Shown piece by piece: positions 38,405 through 48,406 of a DNA stretch of 52,408 bases. Under the pieces are notes generated by a model that had not been told where the DNA came from, did not search any database, and worked only from the letters and a program-made list of their open reading frames with translations. Source of the DNA: Verrucomicrobiota bacterium. Lineage in GTDB: Bacteria; Verrucomicrobiota; Lentisphaeria; Lentisphaerales; Lentisphaeraceae. Every line of letters starts with the position of its first letter. Position 1 is the stretch's first letter. A program made the translations under genes and the position numbers. Location: NCBI GenBank assembly GCA_039798785.1, contig JBDKFG010000069.1:1-52408 (forward strand), given 5' to 3'.

Positions 38405-39424
38405 ATGATGATGAGCACCGCCGACATCCTGTTCGAGAAACTCCAGCACGTCACCACCGCCGGCCCCGGCTGCGTCTACAGCCGCCAGCGCTGCGCCGAG
38501 ATGGCCCCCTTCGTCGACGCCATCAACGAGCTGAAGAAGCGCCGCAAGGCGATCATCCTCGCCCACTCCTACGTCAACCCCGAGATCGTCTACGGCGTCG
38601 CCGACGCCACCGGCGATTCCTACCAGCTGGCCAAGATCGCCAAGGCCTCCGACGCGGAAGTCATCGTCTTCGTCGCCGTCCGCTTCATGGGCGAGACCGC
38701 CAAGATCCTCAACCCGGGCAAGACCGTCCTCGTCCCCTCCGAGCCGGACGGCTGCTCGCTCGCCGACTCGATCACCGGCGCCGACGTCCGCAAACTCAAG
38801 GCGCAGCACCCCGGCGTGCCGGTGCTGTGCTACATCAACACCACCGCCGAGGTCAAGGCCGAGTGCGACGTCTGCGTCACCTCGTCGAACGTCTACGACA
38901 TCGTCGCCAGGATCCCGTCGCGCCGGATCATCTTCGTCCCCGACAAGCTGATGGGCAAGAACGTCCAGGAGGAGATGGACCGCCGCGGCCTCGACAAGGA
39001 GATCATCCTCTGGGACGGCACCTGCTACGTCCACGAGGAGTACGATCCGGAGATGGTGCGCAGCCTGCGCGAGCGCCATCCCGGCCTGCAAGTGATGGCC
39101 CACCCCGAGTGCTCGCCCGGCGTCCTCCACCTCTCCGACTTCGTCGGTTCGACCTCGCAGCTGCTCAAGCACATGGAGAAGGTCGACGCGCCGGCCTACC
39201 TGATGCTCACCGAGTGCGGCCTCTCCGCCCGCCTCCAGGTGGAGATGCCGCAGAAACAGTTCGTCGGCACCTGCTCGATGTGCAAATACATGAAGGCGAA
39301 CAACCTCGCCGACATCTTGCGGGTCCTGTCGGAACCCAAGACCCGCGACTTCGTCGAAATCCCCGAGGATCTCAGGGTCAGAGCCCTCGCCTGCATCGAG
39401 CGGATGTTCGATTACGCCGGATGA
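38405..39424 (+). CDS. nadA: Quinolinate synthase
   Basis: ILAHSY, GDSY.LA, FMGETAKIL, GCSLAD, YINT, TSSN, GTCYVH, AHPEC, C..MK. Confidence 0.95.
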   Translation: MMMSTADILFEKLQHVTTAGPGCVYSRQRCAEMAPFVDAINELKKRRKAIILAHSYVNPEIVYGVADATGDSYQLAKIAKASDAEVIVFVAVRFMGETAKILNPGKTVLVPSEPDGCSLADSITGADVRKLKAQHPGVPVLCYINTTAEVKAECDVCVTSSNVYDIVARIPSRRIIFVPDKLMGKNVQEEMDRRGLDKEIILWDGTCYVHEEYDPEMVRSLRERHPGLQVMAHPECSPGVLHLSDFVGSTSQLLKHMEKVDAPAYLMLTECGLSARLQVEMPQKQFVGTCSMCKYMKANNLADILRVLSEPKTRDFVEIPEDLRVRALACIERMFDYAG

Positions 39425-39485
39425 AAGGGGCTCTGCCCTTCTCCGGAAACCCGTGCCCAGCCCAACCCTTCACCCCTTGCGGACA

Positions 39486-40691
39486 ATGCTGAAAGTCGCC
39501 TGCCCCCAATGCGAGACCCGCCACCAGCATCCTGAAGAGGAGGCCTTGGAGAAAGTCAGCTGCAAAGTCTGCGGCCGGGCCTACCGGGTGCCGATGCCCT
39601 TCGGCCCCTACCTGCTGCTCGAGCGCCGCTCCGGCGACGCGATCTCGGAAGTCTACGCCGCCGCCTTCGAAGGCCAGGGCTGCCGTGTCCGCCTCCTGCG
39701 CGGCGAAGCCTCCCACAATCCCGAGGCGAGCCAGGCCTTCTTCGCCGCCGCCGACAAATGGCGCAGCCTGCCCCCCGGGATCTGCTCACCCTTTGTCAGC
39801 CACGGCACCCACCAGGGGCGCCCCTACGCCCACTACCAGCCCCAGGGAAGGACTCTCAAGGCGGTCCTGGCCGAGGAGGCGATCAGCGAAAACAAGGCGA
39901 TGAACCTGCTTCTACAGACCGCCGAACGGCTGCGCGATCTTCACGGCGCCGAACAGATCTGCGGCAACCTCAAGCCCAGCACCTTGCGCCTCCAGCAGGA
40001 CCAGATCCTGCTTGATGACCCCGGACTCTGCGCCGCGGTGCAAAGCAGTCTCTACCGCCAATGCCTGGCGCCGCGCCCCTGCCCCAATCCGCGCTTCGCG
40101 GCCCCGGAGGTCTGGAACGGGCAGGAAGCGGGAGCCGCCGCGGACCGCTACGCCTTCGGCTGCCTGATGCTGCGCCTCCTGGGCGGACGCCATCCTTTCG
40201 AAGTGGACGCAGAGCTGATGGCGGAAGCCCATTGCCGACGCTCCCCCCCCTCCCTGAATGAGCTCAAGCCGCATCTCCCCGCCTGCCTCGACGACATGAT
40301 CAAGGCTCTCCTGCAGAAAGATCCCCAGCAACGCCCGCGCTGGCTGGAAGTCATCGCCGCCATTCAGCGGGGAATCGACGAATCAGGACGTCAAGGCGCC
40401 GAGATCCGCCGCCAGCTCGAACCCTCCGCCAACAGCACCCTCAAACCCAAGATCCCCGTGCAGGAAAGCCCTGTCGAACCGCCGCCGGCTACTGACGAGG
40501 CCACCCAGGTGATCGTCCCGGAAGCTCCCCCGCCAGCTCCCCATATCCCCTCCACCTCCGTCTTCGCGGCAACGGAAGCCCCCGCGGCCGACACCGAAGA
40601 AGCGCACCCCCTGCGGCCAATCCTGATCGCCGCCATCGCCTTCCTCGCCTTCCTCATCGTCGCCCTCGCCGCCGTCCTCTTCATACGATAA
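39486..40691 (+). CDS. Zn-ribbon plus Ser/Thr kinase-like (probable pseudokinase) membrane protein
   Basis: CPQC..CKVC; GPYLL; CGNLKPST; DDPG; AAPE; DRYAFG; KDPQQRP; C-terminal TM. Confidence 0.75.
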   Translation: MLKVACPQCETRHQHPEEEALEKVSCKVCGRAYRVPMPFGPYLLLERRSGDAISEVYAAAFEGQGCRVRLLRGEASHNPEASQAFFAAADKWRSLPPGICSPFVSHGTHQGRPYAHYQPQGRTLKAVLAEEAISENKAMNLLLQTAERLRDLHGAEQICGNLKPSTLRLQQDQILLDDPGLCAAVQSSLYRQCLAPRPCPNPRFAAPEVWNGQEAGAAADRYAFGCLMLRLLGGRHPFEVDAELMAEAHCRRSPPSLNELKPHLPACLDDMIKALLQKDPQQRPRWLEVIAAIQRGIDESGRQGAEIRRQLEPSANSTLKPKIPVQESPVEPPPATDEATQVIVPEAPPPAPHIPSTSVFAATEAPAADTEEAHPLRPILIAAIAFLAFLIVALAAVLFIR

Positions 40692-40714
40692 ATTCGAGCC
40701 GGAGAACCCCCGCG

Positions 40715-41548
40715 ATGAAACTCGGTGACATGCTGCAACAATGCCTCGAAGGCGAGATCGCCGCCGGCCGCGCCGCCGCCGTGCTTGATCCCACCCTCCT
40801 CGAGCTCTGCTTCGCGCCCCGCACCCCAGGCAGCTCCAATCCCGCCACCGCCACGCCACGCCACGCCACGCCTCAGCCCCCCCCGCCACGGCCAGCGCCG
40901 GAACTCCGCCCCATGCCGCCGGCAATCAGCTCGCCGCCCCCTGAAAGCCTGCCGCCCCGACTCCATCCCGCGCCTGCCGTCCGCACCCCATCTCAAGACC
41001 TCGGACGCCTCGACACCGCCGCACTGCTCCGCCTCGGCAACGGCTGCGCCCTCTGCCGCCGCCCCGTCGACGACCGCCGCGCCCCTCATCAAGGACTGGC
41101 CCAGCCAGCCAAACTGATGATCATCGTCGATCCCTCCGGACGCGACGAGGAAGCCTTCGCCAACCCCTTCGCCGGAGAGGCCGGTTCCCTGCTCGAATCC
41201 ATGATCGTCAAGGGCTTGAAACTGCCGCTCAACCAAGTCTTCGTCTGCGTCGGCCACCGCTGCTCGGCGTCGCCGAAAGGTTTTGCCGAGGAAGCCCGAG
41301 ATCTGCTTCCCGTCCTTGAGCGCCAGCTCGAATTGACCCGGCCAGAGGCGGTCATCGTCTTCGGCGTCGCCGGACTCTGGCAGATCTTCGGCCAGATCGG
41401 CATCCATCAAAACCGCGGCCGCTGGATGAACTGGCAAAACGTCCCCCTCATCGCCACCCTGCCGCCATCCCACCTCATCCGCGTCCCAGAAGACAAGCGC
41501 CTGGTATGGGACGACCTGAAGATGGTCAATGCCCGATTCGGCCGCTGA
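40715..41548 (+). CDS. Uracil-DNA glycosylase family 4-like protein, degenerate
   Basis: CALC, PFAGEAGSLLESMI, LERQLELTRPEAVIVFG, RGRW, KRLVWDDL; Pro-rich N-terminal linker. Confidence 0.7.
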   Translation: MKLGDMLQQCLEGEIAAGRAAAVLDPTLLELCFAPRTPGSSNPATATPRHATPQPPPPRPAPELRPMPPAISSPPPESLPPRLHPAPAVRTPSQDLGRLDTAALLRLGNGCALCRRPVDDRRAPHQGLAQPAKLMIIVDPSGRDEEAFANPFAGEAGSLLESMIVKGLKLPLNQVFVCVGHRCSASPKGFAEEARDLLPVLERQLELTRPEAVIVFGVAGLWQIFGQIGIHQNRGRWMNWQNVPLIATLPPSHLIRVPEDKRLVWDDLKMVNARFGR

Positions 41549-41549
41549 G

Positions 41550-42980
41550 ATGGAATCACCCGCTCCCGAAAAACCCGCTCCCGAAGAACTTTTTGAGGTC
41601 CGCTTCGTCCGTGAGCCTGTCTATCCGGTCGCAGGGCCGCAGCTGCAACTCCTAGGGCCGGGAGAACTCCATCTGGACACCGGCTGTCTTCACCTCGTCC
41701 AAGGAGGGGCGAAAATCACGGCGCCACTTGATCGGATCTGCAACGTGCTCCGCCGCGAGATCCGCCTGCAGTTCGAAGTCTTCACCCCGGAAAGCTCCTT
41801 CCTCTGCGTCCTCGAAGCACAACCTCAACAAGCAGCTCGACTTCAAGAGCTGCTGCCGAAAAGACTGACGGCGGAAATGAAGCTACGTCTCGACGAGGAT
41901 CAAAGTCGCGCCGCAAGAGTCTCCCCTCTCTTCGACAGACGGCCGGGGCCGTCGATCATCCTGCTGCTCGCCGCCAACCTGCTCGTTTTCGCCTGGATCC
42001 TGGCGCAGGGAGCCGACCCGATGAGCCCTGCCGCCCGGATCATGATCGACTCCGGCTCGAACTTCGGACTTCAAACCCTCGCCGGCGAGCCCTGGCGCCT
42101 CCTCAGCTCCACCTTTCTTCACTTCGGCCTCATCCATCTCGCCGTCAACATGCTGGCCTTGTGGAATCTCGGCCGCTTCCTGGAGCGGGCTTACGGCAGC
42201 CCGCTCTTCCTGATCCTCTACTTAAGCTCCGGCATCTTCGGCAGCATGCTCTCGGTCGGCATCAGGCCTGACGTCCATTCCGCCGGGGCCTCGGGCGCCA
42301 TCTGCGGCCTCGGAGGCGCCCTGCTCGCCTTCTGCCTTCTCCGCCGCAAGGAACTGCCATCTCTTCTGATCAAGGACTTGCGCAACCACGCCCTGCAATT
42401 CATCGGCCTCACCGCCCTGATCGGGCTGGCCATCCCCGGCATCGACAACTTCGCCCACCTGGGCGGCTTCCTCGGCGGCCTCGTCCTCGGCGCCGCCGGC
42501 TCGCTCCCCATCGCGCCATCGGAAAGGAAAGCCGCCTTCCCCCTCCGGCTCTTGATGACTTCACTCTTGGCCACACTCTCCCTCGCTCTTGCCGGCTACC
42601 TCCTGCAACGCTCCGACGGCACCCGCACGGCAAAACTCCTGAATGAACTCGACAACAAGATCATCATCGCGGAGAAGCGAATCCAAACCGCGATTCTGCG
42701 CCTGGATCAGATGCCGAACCAGGCGACGAGACTGGCCGTGGCTGCAGATCTCGAGAAAAACTGCCTCCCTCCCCTTCTCCATCTCCTCCGCCAGTGCGAT
42801 GCGCTCAATCCCGCAAACGCCCAGTCTCTGCAAAAGTACTTCCTTCGCATCCAAAGCTACCTTCTCTGCCGCAAGCAGGAGGTCCAACTCCGCATCCAGG
42901 CACTCCGTCAAAACGATTCGAAGGCCTGGACGCAAGCCGATGACGTCCTCAAGTCTTGGCAGAGCAAGGCCGGTGATTGA
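41550..42980 (+). CDS. Rhomboid intramembrane serine protease with extra N- and C-terminal domains
   Basis: WRLLSSTFLHFGLIHLAVNM, GASGAI, IDNFAHLGG. Confidence 0.92.
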   Translation: MESPAPEKPAPEELFEVRFVREPVYPVAGPQLQLLGPGELHLDTGCLHLVQGGAKITAPLDRICNVLRREIRLQFEVFTPESSFLCVLEAQPQQAARLQELLPKRLTAEMKLRLDEDQSRAARVSPLFDRRPGPSIILLLAANLLVFAWILAQGADPMSPAARIMIDSGSNFGLQTLAGEPWRLLSSTFLHFGLIHLAVNMLALWNLGRFLERAYGSPLFLILYLSSGIFGSMLSVGIRPDVHSAGASGAICGLGGALLAFCLLRRKELPSLLIKDLRNHALQFIGLTALIGLAIPGIDNFAHLGGFLGGLVLGAAGSLPIAPSERKAAFPLRLLMTSLLATLSLALAGYLLQRSDGTRTAKLLNELDNKIIIAEKRIQTAILRLDQMPNQATRLAVAADLEKNCLPPLLHLLRQCDALNPANAQSLQKYFLRIQSYLLCRKQEVQLRIQALRQNDSKAWTQADDVLKSWQSKAGD

Positions 42981-43021
42981 GAAAATCGGGCCGAGGGCTC
43001 AGCCGAGGCGCGGCACTTAGA

Positions 43022-46000
43022 TTAGACCAGTTCAGGGACTGACGGGACGAAGCCAGGAGTCTCGGACGAATACTCGGCAAAAATCTGGCGAGCGAAAACG
43101 CCTGAATCTGAGCCATCCTGCCCGAAGGAATGCCAGGTCAGCAACAAGCTTCCATCCTGCAAGGAGATGGCATTCGATCCGGCTTGATAGGACGCCGTGT
43201 ACTCATTGACGAGGAATTCGGAGCCCACGCGAGAGCCGTCCGCGGCGTAGCGCTGTGCGCAGATGGCGAAGGAATCGCCGTCCCTGAGGTCCGAGGTCCA
43301 GGATATCAGGAAGCCGCCGTCCGAAAGCTTCGCGATGCTTGGCAGCCACTGGTCACCGACAGGATTGGCGCAAACCTGGAACTCTTCTCCGACTCGATGC
43401 CCTTCCGCGTTGTAGCGCTGTGCGTAGACGCCGGAGTTCGTTCCGTCCTGCTGCTGCGAGGTCCAAGCGACTAAGAAGCCGCCGTCACCCAGAGCGTAAA
43501 TGGCGGGATAGAATTGGCAGTCCTCGGTGAATGTGTTGATTTGAAACTCAGGGCCGACGGAGCTCAGATCTGGGGTGAAGCGCTGGCCAAAGATGCCCCA
43601 CTCGGAGCCGTCCTGCCCGTAGGAAGACCAGATCATGACGATGTCGCCATTGTCGAGCTGGGTGCTGACAGATTGAGTGACCATCGAAGAAGGTTGAGAG
43701 TTGACCTGGAATTCATTGCCGCGGGTGGAGCCGTCGGTGTTGAATCCTTGGGCATAGACTCCGGGGTTTTCACCCTCCTGAATCCAGGAGATGACAAAGC
43801 CGTCCTGAAGGGCGGATAGGCTCGGCTGGGATTGATTGCCCGAGCTTGTGGAATTCACTTGGAACTCTTCTGAGGACTGACTTTGACCGTCATAGACACG
43901 GGCGAATACTCCCCAGCCAGAACCATCTTGGCCGAAGGACGCCCAGGCGATTGCCCAGCCGCCATTGGCGAGGGCACACACGCTTGAGTAATCCTGGTCG
44001 GAGGGATAGTCAGAGCTGACCTGGAATTCATTGCCGACGGCCTGGCCTTGAGCAGAGTAGCGCTGCGCGTAGATGCCGTAGCCTGCGGTGTCCTGGTGCC
44101 AAGACACCCAGGTCACCAAGAAACCGCCGTCTGCAAGCGGAATGGACTTGGCCCTGGCTTGATCCTCCGGGATGAAGGAGTTGACTTGGAATTCCGCCCC
44201 CAAGGTCAAGTTTGAAGCGGATGCTGCCGTTCCGGGCAACATGCGGACAAAGTCGAGCAGGTCCGAGCTGATCGACTCGGCGTTGCCCCTGCCATCGACA
44301 AATGAAGCGTCGACGTGGAGGTTCATGCCCACCAGATCCGTGGACAGCAGCAGGCTGGCGCCTTGGCCGACGCTGTTGCCGTTCTGATCGTACCAGGTGT
44401 AGGTGATTTCCCCCAATCCATCGGCATCTTCGATGTTATGGCTGGCGACCAGGGTCTGTCCTTGAAGAGGGACGCCGTCGATGCTGACTGAACCTGTTGC
44501 GGGCGAGTTGTCGATGGGCTGGGCAATCTCGCCAGTATCTTGAGACCGGATCTGTTCGACAGTGCCACGGCCGTCCACATAGGTGGCGGTGAGATGAATC
44601 CGCTCGCCGAGCAGCTCCTCGGTCAACAGCAGCGTGTCGCCGATGCCGACGATGTTGCCGGAGGAGTCATACCAGGTCAATGTGATAGTCCCGATGCCAT
44701 CGGCATCCGAGATGGCGTTGTCGGCGAATAGCGTCTGCCCCAGGACTGGGTTGCCTTGGATGCTCAGAGTTCCGGAGGGAGCTGTGTTGTCATGGCAATC
44801 CTCCATCTGGTATCGTTGCGCCATCACCTGAGTCTGGACGCCGTTAGCGGTCGCGACGACTTCCAGCCATGTCGTCATCCAGCTGCCGTCCGAGGATGCG
44901 GCGAGATCCGGGTTCCACTGCTCAAGAAGGTGGCCGGAAACCAGGATTTCGCCTCCCGATTTTGTGCCATCGCTGGCGAACGCCTGCAGATAAACATGGC
45001 TCTGGTAGTCAGGAGCGCTGCTGGATTGGATGACGACGATCCAGCCACCATCGGGCAAGGAGGCGACGCGGGGAGAATATTGATCGCCGGGGAGTCCGGT
45101 GCTGACAATGCAGATGTCGCCCAGCGGTGCGCCGTTTCTGTCATAGCGCTGCTGCAAGACCTCGAATTCGGAGTCCAGGAAGGGCGCCAAATCCGAGCTC
45201 CCCCAAAGCACGACCCAACCGCCATCGGCCAAGCCCGCGATTTCGGGCAGGGCATTGGCGCCGCGGGCCACCAGATTTTCATCTCCGGCTTTGACTCCGT
45301 CTTCAGTGAAGCGTTGCTGGTAGATGCCTTCGAGCGAGCCGTCTTCGTTGAAGGATTGCCAGGTGACAAGCCAGCCGCCATCGGCCAGAAGGCTCACAGA
45401 GCTGTTGTCCTGATGGTTCATGACACTTGTATTCACCAGGACTTCGTCGCCGGCGGCGGCGCCGTCTTTAGCGAATCTTTGCTGATAGATATCCTTCCCC
45501 GATCCGTCCTGATTGTAGCTGGTCCAAGTCACCAGCCAACCACCATCCTCAAGACCGATGCAATCGGCTTCGGAGAGAAAGTCGGCGGGGATGCCGTTGA
45601 CTACCGCGGCGGAGCCAAGTGCGTCGCCATTTTGATCGAACCGTTGCTGATAGATCTGGCTGCGCCAAGGAAGGCTGTCATTAGTTTCAGCGGTCCAAGT
45701 CACCACCCATCCCCCGTCTTCGAGACTGCAGACGACAGGATTGAGATCGTAGCCATGCGGCTCGGCATTGACCAGGGTTTTACCGCCGATTCTCATCCCG
45801 TCGGCATCTATGAGTTGCTGGTAGATGCGGATTGAGGGGTGATCTGTGTCGTACTGAAAGTTCTCGCTCCAAGTCACCAGCCAATTGCCGTTTTCAAGGG
45901 AGCAGATTTTAGAGCCCCACTGATCGTAAAGTGAGTCCGGATCGATCTGGATCTCTGCACCGAGGCGCAGCGGCGCCTGGCACTCAATCGAGGGCGAGAC

Positions 46001-48142
46001 GGGAGCACTCGACTCCGAGCTGATCGCTTCATCATTCCCCATGCCGTCGACAAACGAGGCCGTGACGTGCAGCCTCAATCCGACAAGCTCCTCGGTCAGC
46101 AACAGGCTGTCACCCTGCCCAAGCACATTCCCCGCTTCGTCAAACCAAGTGTAGGTCACCGATCCGCCGAAGCCGTCTTCGTCTTCGATTTCGCTGCCGG
46201 CAAAGAGGACTTGACCGACCTGGCAATCCCCGCTGAACGTAACGACGCCTTCGGCGGCATGGTTATCGTTGGCGATGAGCTCAGTGGGGGCGGCGGCGGC
46301 GAACTCCTGGTGGCCGTTGCCATCGACAAAGGACACGGCTACCGACAGCGAGTGACCGACGTCTTCCGCCCGCAGCAAATAGCTGGATTCGTCGGCACCG
46401 TTGATCTCGACGCCATCGCGCAGCCACTGGAAGTGCAGAGAACCCAGGCCATCGACATCTTGGAGTCCGCTGGCGTCGGCATGGAGGAGGCCTCCGCGGC
46501 TCAGGACTCCCGAGATCTGGACTTCGCCCTCCACGGCGTCGTTCACTGCGGAGATGACCACTTTGACAGTCTGGGTGCTGACGGCGCCGTAGGATGTGCT
46601 GACGGAGAGAACGAACGAATCAACACCGTTGTAATCCTCATCCGGTGTGTAGCTGTAGGAGTTGCCGACAAGAGTGAGCGCGCCGTGCTTCGCCTCACTG
46701 ACGATGGCGTAGCTCAGGGATCCGACGCCGTCGCCGCTCGCGCTGATCACGCCATCGACGCTTTCGTCTTCGTTAAGGCTCAGCTGAGTCGGGCTGAGCA
46801 GGCTCGGGGGCTGACGCAGGTCGATGACCAGATTGCCATGCAGCACGTCGGAGCCGCCCTCGAGATAGGAGAATTTCAGGTTGAAGCGGGGCTCGGGATT
46901 GCCAGGTTTGGGAGTGTGTATAAAGCTGACCAATCCGTCTTTCAGATCCTGCCAAGTGAAGCTACCGACGGTTTTTCCGGCGATCCGGAAGCTGCCGTTG
47001 ACGACGCCAACGGGGCTGATGAGGACGCCGCTGGGAGGCGTCAAAGGATCAATCACATGGAAAAAGGAGTCGTCAAGAACCCTGCTTCCACCGTCGACGA
47101 GGATCAGGGGTGCGGCAGCTTCCACCTGAGGCTTGTCGTGCTTCTTCACCTCAGAGTTTTTCACCGCGATCGAGAGACTGCCGCTGGTGACGCCTCCCTC
47201 GCCATCATCGACGGTGTAGAAAAGATTCGGCGCCTGGTGATGATTGAGAAGGCGGAGCTGGACCTTGCCTTCACGCATCTGGCCATAGGTGAAGGAATGG
47301 GCTTCCTGGCCATCGACCTTGAGCAGATAGTCGGATGCGTTCTCGAGATGGATGACGCAGTCGTTGACGCGGCTGTCGCTGTCGGTGATGGTGAGAAGCT
47401 TGCCAACGCGGACATCGACACCTTCTTCCAAGGTGATCCGATTGCTCAGAACACGCGCCGCGTCATTGAGGTTCTGGAAGGCAGCTCCAGAAAAATCGAT
47501 TTGTTTCTTGGTGCTGAGACCTTCGGAGTCCGTGACTGAGAGAGAAAGGCTAGGCCGTTTTTCCGAGCCGTCATGAACAAAGCGAACCTGGCCATTTTCC
47601 ACTTGCTCTTGGGTGAAGCTCTTGAAGGTTTTGCCGTCCAACAGTTGCCAGCCCACATAAATTTTGCCTCCAGTGGCCTTGGCCGTGTAAACCGCCTTGC
47701 CAAGGATTCCTGCGGCCGCATCCTCTTCATCGTGTAGCGAGATCATTGACCTCAAATTGAGCTCACCACCTTCATCCAAAACGAAGTCTTTCTGGGTGAT
47801 AGCCGCTTTGTCATTCGTCGGGCGGAAGCTCAAGTTGGCCTCGGAGCTGAAGACTGTCACGGAGTCCTCTCCGAGTCGCCCTTTCAGGCTGAATCCCGGG
47901 CTCTGGCTGCTGCCGTCATGAAGGAGACTGACTTGCCCTTTTTTCAGCTGTGCCCAGGTGAATTCCGTAGCGGCTTGACCATCGACAAGAAACTGGCAGT
48001 TCTTCACTTCTGACACGTCAAACTCCAGGGCGGCGCCTGCCGGCAGCTTGCCGACTTTCATCCAGGATGTCCCGAGACGAATGGGGCTGGGAGTGATCGA
48101 TTCGCTGACGAGAATTTTGCTGAGGCTGAGGCTGAAGGACAT
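43022..48142 (-). CDS. Large surface/secreted protein: cadherin-like (CSPG-type) repeats, Ig-like repeats and two blocks of EFQVN/LxDGGW repeats
   Basis: FT..QL..G.V..VHDGS repeats; YTPDEDYNGVDSF; D.DG.G...YTW repeats; EFQVNS..Q..P....L.DGG..V.W.S..QDG...GIY.QRY; GGAG RBS before ATG 48142. Confidence 0.85.
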   Translation of the reverse strand: MSFSLSLSKILVSESITPSPIRLGTSWMKVGKLPAGAALEFDVSEVKNCQFLVDGQAATEFTWAQLKKGQVSLLHDGSSQSPGFSLKGRLGEDSVTVFSSEANLSFRPTNDKAAITQKDFVLDEGGELNLRSMISLHDEEDAAAGILGKAVYTAKATGGKIYVGWQLLDGKTFKSFTQEQVENGQVRFVHDGSEKRPSLSLSVTDSEGLSTKKQIDFSGAAFQNLNDAARVLSNRITLEEGVDVRVGKLLTITDSDSRVNDCVIHLENASDYLLKVDGQEAHSFTYGQMREGKVQLRLLNHHQAPNLFYTVDDGEGGVTSGSLSIAVKNSEVKKHDKPQVEAAAPLILVDGGSRVLDDSFFHVIDPLTPPSGVLISPVGVVNGSFRIAGKTVGSFTWQDLKDGLVSFIHTPKPGNPEPRFNLKFSYLEGGSDVLHGNLVIDLRQPPSLLSPTQLSLNEDESVDGVISASGDGVGSLSYAIVSEAKHGALTLVGNSYSYTPDEDYNGVDSFVLSVSTSYGAVSTQTVKVVISAVNDAVEGEVQISGVLSRGGLLHADASGLQDVDGLGSLHFQWLRDGVEINGADESSYLLRAEDVGHSLSVAVSFVDGNGHQEFAAAAPTELIANDNHAAEGVVTFSGDCQVGQVLFAGSEIEDEDGFGGSVTYTWFDEAGNVLGQGDSLLLTEELVGLRLHVTASFVDGMGNDEAISSESSAPVSPSIECQAPLRLGAEIQIDPDSLYDQWGSKICSLENGNWLVTWSENFQYDTDHPSIRIYQQLIDADGMRIGGKTLVNAEPHGYDLNPVVCSLEDGGWVVTWTAETNDSLPWRSQIYQQRFDQNGDALGSAAVVNGIPADFLSEADCIGLEDGGWLVTWTSYNQDGSGKDIYQQRFAKDGAAAGDEVLVNTSVMNHQDNSSVSLLADGGWLVTWQSFNEDGSLEGIYQQRFTEDGVKAGDENLVARGANALPEIAGLADGGWVVLWGSSDLAPFLDSEFEVLQQRYDRNGAPLGDICIVSTGLPGDQYSPRVASLPDGGWIVVIQSSSAPDYQSHVYLQAFASDGTKSGGEILVSGHLLEQWNPDLAASSDGSWMTTWLEVVATANGVQTQVMAQRYQMEDCHDNTAPSGTLSIQGNPVLGQTLFADNAISDADGIGTITLTWYDSSGNIVGIGDTLLLTEELLGERIHLTATYVDGRGTVEQIRSQDTGEIAQPIDNSPATGSVSIDGVPLQGQTLVASHNIEDADGLGEITYTWYDQNGNSVGQGASLLLSTDLVGMNLHVDASFVDGRGNAESISSDLLDFVRMLPGTAASASNLTLGAEFQVNSFIPEDQARAKSIPLADGGFLVTWVSWHQDTAGYGIYAQRYSAQGQAVGNEFQVSSDYPSDQDYSSVCALANGGWAIAWASFGQDGSGWGVFARVYDGQSQSSEEFQVNSTSSGNQSQPSLSALQDGFVISWIQEGENPGVYAQGFNTDGSTRGNEFQVNSQPSSMVTQSVSTQLDNGDIVMIWSSYGQDGSEWGIFGQRFTPDLSSVGPEFQINTFTEDCQFYPAIYALGDGGFLVAWTSQQQDGTNSGVYAQRYNAEGHRVGEEFQVCANPVGDQWLPSIAKLSDGGFLISWTSDLRDGDSFAICAQRYAADGSRVGSEFLVNEYTASYQAGSNAISLQDGSLLLTWHSFGQDGSDSGVFARQIFAEYSSETPGFVPSVPELV

Positions 48143-48406
48143 GTCCAAGCTCCTTGTTTTTATATGTGATTTTAGGAATTCTATTAACAGTACACCCACC
48201 GACATATAAAAAGCAAATTTTTTGCAAGCTACCGAATTTATCCCGAGAACAGCTAGGCCAGGAACTCAGGAAGGCGGACCACAGAGGCACCAAGCGAAAA
48301 ACAGTTCTCTCAAGAGTATACGGATCAAAAAAACTGGACTTCCACCTCCAAACTCATTATTTTGGTCTAAGTTCCCTGACTCTAACCTTCCAATAAGACC
48401 CCCCCC

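Noticed and set aside
37990..39492. 500-aa ORF overlapping nadA
   Set aside because: Arg/Pro-rich alternative frame; the nadA frame carries all conserved motifs
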